Positions 59,824-64,000 of a stretch of 64,000 bases of DNA are shown here, one piece after another (within the stretch, counting starts at the first letter, position 1; every line of letters starts with the position of its first letter). Made by a program: the position numbers and the translations under genes. The stretch is taken from the sequence record DRR378314_1742. The stretch is one strand, 5' to 3'. The notes beneath the pieces were generated by a model that saw only the letters and a list, made by a program, of their open reading frames with translations, was not told the DNA's origin and made no database searches.

Positions 59824-61020
59824 ATGAGCAGCACACCCCCAAACCACCGCCCGACATTTGATCCGGTTGACCCCTTTTTACTGGATGATCAACTGACAGA
59901 AGAGGAACGCCTGGTTAAACAGACGGCCCATAACTACTGCCAGGAAAATTTGATGCCACGGGTTCTGGAAGCCAACCGGCATGAAAAAATGGATACCAGC
60001 ATCTTTCGGGAAATGGGTGAGCTGGGGCTTTTGGGTGCGACCATTGAAGGTTACGGTTGCGCCGGTATGTCTTATGTTTCATACGGCCTGATCGCCCGTG
60101 AAGTTGAACGGGTGGATAGCGGGTATCGCTCCATGATGAGTGTACAATCCAGCCTTGTGATGCATCCGATCTACACTTATGGCACCGAAGCCCAGCGGGA
60201 AAAATATCTGCCCAAACTGGCCACTGGTGAATGGATCGGCTGCTTTGGCCTGACTGAGCCTGATCACGGATCGGACCCTGGAAGCATGGTCACCCGCGCC
60301 AAGTCTGTTGACGGTGGCTACCGGATGAGCGGCGCTAAAATGTGGATTACCAACGCACCGGTTGCGGATGTATTTGTTGTCTGGGCCAAAACAGATGATG
60401 GAATCATTCGGGGCTTCATCCTGGAAAAAGGCATGGAAGGCCTGACCGCCCCCAAAATTGAAGGCAAATTTTCCCTGCGCTCCTCCATCACTGGAGAGAT
60501 TGTCATGGACAATGTTTTTGTGCCGGAAGAAAATCTGATGCCAAACATTCAAGGCCTTGGCGGGCCATTCGGTTGTCTGAACAGTGCCCGTTTCGGTATT
60601 GCCTGGGGTGCCTTGGGTGCCGCAGAATTTTGCTGGCAGGCTGCCTTGAACTACACTCTGGATCGCAAACAGTTTGGGCGTCCCCTCGCCGCCAATCAGC
60701 TGATCCAGAAAAAGCTGGCTGATATGCAAACCGAAATTTCCCTTGGCTTGCAGTCCTGTCTTCGGGTTGGTCGCCTTCGCGACGAAAATCGGGCAGCACC
60801 GGAAATGATTTCCCTGATCAAGCGCAATTCCTGTGGCAAGTCCCTGGATATCGCACGGACGGCCCGTGACATGCATGGCGGTAACGGCATCAGCGATGAA
60901 TATCATGTCATCCGTCACGTCATGAACCTGGAAGCGGTCAACACCTATGAAGGAACCCACGATGTTCATGCCCTGATCCTGGGACGGGCACAAACCGGGA
61001 TCCAGTCCTTCACTGCCTAA
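59824..61020 (+). CDS. gcdH: Glutaryl-CoA dehydrogenase
   Basis: [35 protein letters not shown]. Confidence 0.93.
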   Translation: MSSTPPNHRPTFDPVDPFLLDDQLTEEERLVKQTAHNYCQENLMPRVLEANRHEKMDTSIFREMGELGLLGATIEGYGCAGMSYVSYGLIAREVERVDSGYRSMMSVQSSLVMHPIYTYGTEAQREKYLPKLATGEWIGCFGLTEPDHGSDPGSMVTRAKSVDGGYRMSGAKMWITNAPVADVFVVWAKTDDGIIRGFILEKGMEGLTAPKIEGKFSLRSSITGEIVMDNVFVPEENLMPNIQGLGGPFGCLNSARFGIAWGALGAAEFCWQAALNYTLDRKQFGRPLAANQLIQKKLADMQTEISLGLQSCLRVGRLRDENRAAPEMISLIKRNSCGKSLDIARTARDMHGGNGISDEYHVIRHVMNLEAVNTYEGTHDVHALILGRAQTGIQSFTA

Positions 61021-61037
61021 CAGACAGATACGAATTG

Positions 61038-61065
61038 AAAAGGCGCCTCTTCTGGCGCCTTTTTT
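61038..61065 (+). terminator. Intrinsic terminator
   Basis: AAAAGGCGCC-tcttct-GGCGCCTTTTTT. Confidence 0.88.
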
Positions 61066-61134
61066 ATTGCCTGATTGCCAATCCCCCCTCTAACATAGCC
61101 CCATAAAAAATAATAAACTCGAAGGGGAGACATC

Positions 61135-61905
61135 ATGAAAATTGCCGGGAAGAATATTGTCACTACGGGCGGTGCCAGTGGAATTGGTAAGGCCCTTGCA
61201 GAACGGTTTCATAAAGAAGGCGCCAAATCCATCACCGTTGCGGATCTGCAAGAAGGCCCCCTGCAAGCGGTTGCAAACTCAGTCGGTGGTTTAGCGGTGG
61301 TTTGCGATGTCGCCAAAGAAACAGACATCCTCAATCTGATCCAAAAAGCTGAAACCGCTTATGGAGATATCGATATCTTTGTCTCCAACGCCGGATTGGC
61401 CCGCTATGGATGGGAAGAAACCCCCAATGAATTCTGGCAGTTAAACTGGGATGTTCATGTGATGGCCCATGTCTATGCAGCGCGGGCGCTGGCGGAAAAA
61501 ATGGCGGCACGTGGTGAAGGATATCTGGTCAACACAGCGTCTGCTGCCGGACTTTTAAGCCAGATCGACTCCGCCACTTACGCAACGACCAAACATGCTG
61601 CTATCGCTTTTGCAGAAAGTATGTCCATTCGCTATGGCGATAAAGGCGTTCGGGTTTCCGTCCTCTGCCCGCAACAGGTCCGAACAGCCATGACCGAAAA
61701 CCGACTGGATCAGGTGGCTTCTGTGGATGGAACGCTGGAGCCGGAGGAATTAGCCGATTGTGTGGTTGAGACAATGGACAAGGAAGAATTCCTGATCCTT
61801 CCCCATCCGCAAGTGCTGGACTATATGCGAAACAAAACAGCCAATTACGACCGCTGGCTCGGCGGTATGAGAAAGCTGAGAGATCGGTTTCTCGAACAAT
61901 CCTAA
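61135..61905 (+). CDS. Short-chain dehydrogenase/reductase
   Basis: TGGASGIG, NAG, YATTK. Confidence 0.95.
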   Translation: MKIAGKNIVTTGGASGIGKALAERFHKEGAKSITVADLQEGPLQAVANSVGGLAVVCDVAKETDILNLIQKAETAYGDIDIFVSNAGLARYGWEETPNEFWQLNWDVHVMAHVYAARALAEKMAARGEGYLVNTASAAGLLSQIDSATYATTKHAAIAFAESMSIRYGDKGVRVSVLCPQQVRTAMTENRLDQVASVDGTLEPEELADCVVETMDKEEFLILPHPQVLDYMRNKTANYDRWLGGMRKLRDRFLEQS

Positions 61906-61951
61906 ATCCAAAAATACCATCCCCGATAAAAACAAAAATAAGGAGGGAACA

Positions 61952-62737
61952 ATGAAGGTTTTCGCGAACGGAAAAGTTGAGGTCACCGAAGAGGGTCCCG
62001 TCACGATCTTTACAATTAACCGACCTGAGGTTCGAAATGCCTGTGACATGGAGACCGTTCGCGGTCTTCATGACGCCTTTGCCGATTTTGAAAAAAATGA
62101 AACTGCCCTGATCGGCATCTTAACCGGCGCGGGTAACTTTTTTAGCGCCGGCGCCGATCTCGCAGAAGTTTCATCAGGTGCCTCGATCGGGTTCAGTTGG
62201 GCAGGAACTGATAAAGGCGCAACCCGCCGACGCCTGTCAAAACCTGTCATCGCCGCCATAGAAGGCCATGCGGTTGCCGCTGGCCTGGCGCTTGCCGTCT
62301 GGTGCGATTTACGAGTTGCCAGTGAAAGTGCCGTTTTTGGGGTTTTTTGCCGGCGTTTTGGTGGCCCTATGCCAAACGGTGCCACGGTACGCCTGCCCCG
62401 TATTATCGGGGAGAGCCGAGCCCTGGATATGTTGATGACAGGCCGACCTGTTGAAGCCAAAGAAGCCTATCATATGGGGCTTGCTGATCGGCTTGTTCCA
62501 GCAGGACAGGCCTTACAAAAAGCTAAAGAACTTGCCCTAGAACTGGCAAGCTTTCCCCAAACCGCCCTGCTTTGTGACCGGCATTCGGCAATCACCCAGT
62601 GGGATTACAGCGAAAAAGACGCAATCGATCGAGAGATTGAAGGTGCAAAGCCCGCCTTTACAGATACATTTCAAGGAGGTGCTGGCCAGTTTGTGCAGGG
62701 AACGGGGCGGCATGGCCAGTTTGAAAAACCACACTAA
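61952..62737 (+). CDS. Crotonase/enoyl-CoA hydratase family protein
   Basis: NRPEVRNA, FSAGADL, GVFCRRFG. Confidence 0.93.
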   Translation: MKVFANGKVEVTEEGPVTIFTINRPEVRNACDMETVRGLHDAFADFEKNETALIGILTGAGNFFSAGADLAEVSSGASIGFSWAGTDKGATRRRLSKPVIAAIEGHAVAAGLALAVWCDLRVASESAVFGVFCRRFGGPMPNGATVRLPRIIGESRALDMLMTGRPVEAKEAYHMGLADRLVPAGQALQKAKELALELASFPQTALLCDRHSAITQWDYSEKDAIDREIEGAKPAFTDTFQGGAGQFVQGTGRHGQFEKPH

Positions 62738-62751
62738 CCCGTCACTTTCGC

Positions 62752-63546
62752 CTAACGCCCTTTAAAATCCGGATCCCGTTTTTCTAGGAAAGCATTGATC
62801 CCTTCGGCATAATCTTCGGTGAGGGTGGTGAGGGTATATTGATCAACATCCATAAAGCTGGTCGCCTGATTAAGGGCGTTAGCGGCAGCGCTGGCCCCTT
62901 TCTTGATCATCCGGACCGGAATTGGGGGACGAGCTGCAATTTTTTTGGCATATTCAAGTGCCAATTCATAGGCACTCGTTTCTTGCGTGATTTCTTCGAT
63001 CAGGCCCCAGCTTTTGGCATCATCGGCAGATATGATATCGGCCACGATACAGAGTTGCTTGGTGCGCGCCGGTCCCATCAGGTTGACCATCCGGGGAACT
63101 GAATTCCAGCTCATATTCATTCCATTTCGAATTTCCGGGACGTAGAACTTAGCCGTTTTTGTCGCCACCCGCATATCCAGTGCAACAGAAAGCGCGACGC
63201 CGCCACCGATACAATATCCATCAATTGCAGTAATCGTCATTGGCTCGATTGCCTCCCATGCCTGACACATGCGAGGGCCGACCGATTGCATGATCCGCCG
63301 CTCCAGAATACCGGCTTGCATTCTGGCTTTGGCCGCTGGACTTTTCAGATCAAACCCGGCCGAGAAATTCTTGCCATTTCCGGTCAGGATCACTGCATTC
63401 GTTTCCGTATCCTGCTCAAACGAGCGGGCCACATCGGTCAGTTCCTCCATTGCCTCCACAGATAAGGGGTTGAGATCCTGCCCCCGATCAAAGCGAACCG
63501 TTGCAATGCGATTTTCCTTGTGAACAGATACGTACTTGTAGCTCAT
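62752..63546 (-). CDS. Enoyl-CoA hydratase/isomerase family protein
   Basis: FSAGFDL, GYCIGGG, PEI, AFLEKRDP; ATG at 63546 after AAGGGGA. Confidence 0.93.
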   Translation of the reverse strand: MSYKYVSVHKENRIATVRFDRGQDLNPLSVEAMEELTDVARSFEQDTETNAVILTGNGKNFSAGFDLKSPAAKARMQAGILERRIMQSVGPRMCQAWEAIEPMTITAIDGYCIGGGVALSVALDMRVATKTAKFYVPEIRNGMNMSWNSVPRMVNLMGPARTKQLCIVADIISADDAKSWGLIEEITQETSAYELALEYAKKIAARPPIPVRMIKKGASAAANALNQATSFMDVDQYTLTTLTEDYAEGINAFLEKRDPDFKGR

Positions 63547-63612
63547 AACTTTCCCCTTTATTGTTTTTTCTTCAGCATATCTATGAAAATGCAAGAACAG
63601 AAGGAAAGTTTT

Positions 63613-63912
63613 ATGACCGCTTATATGATTGCCCGTATCAACGTGACAGATCCCGAGCAATATGAAGAGTACAAAGCTCTCGCCCCGATAGCGGTCCATA
63701 AATTTGGCGGCCAGTATCTTACCCGAGGCGGTGCAATGGAAACATTGGAGGGTGAGAACGAGACCTTACGTGTTGTGGTGCTCAGCTTTCCGGACATGGA
63801 CAGCGCCCGGGCATGTTACAACAGCCCTGAATACACCAAGGCACGTGACGCTCGATCGGCTGCAGCAACCGCTCAGTTCATTATCCTTGATGGCTACACA
63901 CCAGCCGAATGA
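63613..63912 (+). CDS. DUF1330 domain protein
   Basis: FGGQYLTRGG, LEG, FPDM..A...YNSPEY. Confidence 0.9.
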   Translation: MTAYMIARINVTDPEQYEEYKALAPIAVHKFGGQYLTRGGAMETLEGENETLRVVVLSFPDMDSARACYNSPEYTKARDARSAAATAQFIILDGYTPAE

Positions 63913-63999
63913 TCAGATGTCCAGATCTCCTGCGGCCAGCGGATCAAAATAGACTGCAATATCCGCCTCACTCACTTTGTCCAGCTCCGCAGGTGACCA
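63913..63999 (-). CDS. Partial CDS (3' end), 3-hydroxyisobutyryl-CoA hydrolase-like
   Basis: Hand translation WSPAELDKVSEADIAVYFDPLAAGDLDI* resembles the C-terminus of that crotonase subfamily; runs off the window edge. Confidence 0.6.
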   Translation of the reverse strand, partial: WSPAELDKVSEADIAVYFDPLAAGDLDI

Positions 64000-64000
64000 T

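Noticed and set aside
60079-60993. 304-aa antisense ORF over gcdH, and similar long antisense ORFs at 16369-17226, 17686-18399, 42978-43634 and 53728-54627
   Set aside because: They lie opposite well-conserved genes, have no recognisable motifs, and are expected shadows of codon bias.

Overview
Mostly core chromosome of an Alphaproteobacterium. Gene content and order suggest a marine Rhodospirillales/Sneathiella-like organism, but this is an inference and was not checked against a database. Housekeeping blocks: guaA/rsmB-like/guaB/rlmE/ppx; recJ-glpX-hom-aminotransferase; phaC; argC; rplM-rpsI; metY; ctaA; ihfA-fabH-plsX-rpmF; bamE; hppA/ppa; thiL-nusB-rib operon-nrdR-glyA; and acyl-CoA catabolism genes. 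There are three tRNAs (Gln-CTG, Glu-TTC, Pro-GGG). Accessory parts are an AT-rich FkbM region beyond the guaA 3' end, a PilZ/pentapeptide/PAS-kinase islet between two inward-pointing tRNAs, and a GNAT/LysE/catA/PAS/polyamine-type ABC segment. I found no integrase, transposase, CRISPR array, prophage or recognisable defence system. The most interesting signals are small and regulatory or structural, and their functions are all hypotheses: (1) a hairpin hiding the guaB ribosome-binding site that begins exactly at a predicted G start nucleotide, resembling pyrC-type nucleotide-sensing start-site switching; (2) an ABC permease with an extra tail holding a duplicated 16-aa motif whose copies differ only at silent sites; (3) an attenuator-like glyA leader; (4) membrane and soluble pyrophosphatase genes arranged divergently across a very AT-rich spacer.
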